Below are positions 59,676-60,274 of a stretch of 60,274 bases of DNA, piece by piece. The stretch is taken from the NCBI GenBank assembly GCA_018398765.1, contig JAHBMJ010000005.1, positions 1 to 60,274 on the forward strand, given 5' to 3'. Below the pieces are notes generated by a model. That model was not told the origin of the DNA and did not search any database. It worked only from the letters and a program-made list of their open reading frames with translations. Made by a program: the position numbers and the translations under genes. Origin of the DNA: Chromera velia. Lineage: Eukaryota. Every line of letters starts with the position of its first letter. Position 1 is the first letter of the stretch.

Positions 59676-60274
59676 GCCGATGACGACAGACGGAGAGAGG
59701 AAGGGACGGGGGCTGTGGGGGGACTGAAGGGAATCGAATAGGACAGGACAAGACGTGGTTGGAGGGGCGGGCGGGTGGGTCTGTTTGCACGATGATGGCG
59801 TGGAGGGACGGAGGGAGGGAGGGAGGGAGAGAGATGGGTCTTGTTCTTTCTTTTGTTTCTCCCTAGGTCGTCTCCCGTCGATCTTGTCTCCTTTCTCTCT
59901 CTCTCTCGATCAAACAGGAAGAAAGAAAGAAATAAGGGACTTACTGCCTGCACTGGCAAGGGCTGGACTGACAGAAGTTTTTGTTAATCGCATTGAGAGG
60001 GGAAATTGATCCGCAGGGTTGCTTCCCGTCTCTCCCCTTAATTTTGTTCTGGTTGGTATTCGTTCAGCCAGCAGAATGATTGAAGTTTCTTCTGTCTTCA
60101 AAAAGTTAAATTCTCTGCATGCCCGGTCGAAAGAGGTCTCGCTCTGTCCTCTTTGCTGTCGACCGGTCTCTTCTTTCCCTCTTCCTTCCTTTCTTTCTTT
60201 CGTTGTCGATGTAAATTTGTTTGTGTTTGTGTTGGTTGCTTGCGTTGCTTGAGGGGTGGGGGGGGGGGGGGGGG

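Overview
Eukaryotic nuclear DNA: intron-rich, microsatellite-laden, with several N gaps. The COWP-like oocyst-wall protein, the ankyrin-like protein and the abundant TGCATGCA point to an apicomplexan or chromerid relative (inference). Genes read by hand: a Lag1/TLC ceramide synthase, a PhyH-like dioxygenase, a cyclic-nucleotide-binding GYGD K+ channel with a CCHC knuckle, a frameshifted ankyrin-like gene, an oocyst-wall-like protein, a secreted Sushi-domain protein, cyclophilin H, a TPT/nucleotide-sugar transporter, a stop-interrupted Zn-finger/PPPDE-like gene and DBP2/DDX5 with an intronic tRNA-Cys. Mobile DNA: a Penelope-like RT remnant and a twin-MITE composite. The most striking signal is a recurrent D-X-D structure. 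About 25-80 bp direct duplications (D), mostly spanning a splice site, enclose a 25-80 bp A/T-rich insert (X) built from the motif TGCATTT(A/T/G)(C/T)TTTCATACAGAA and its reverse complement, often stuttered. The motif is recognisable at seven loci, and three more splice-site duplications share the geometry. Other notable signals are in-frame TAG/TGA codons in otherwise frame-intact genes and a dominant GTCAG 5' splice-site motif. All coordinates and gene models were derived by eye; no searches were run.
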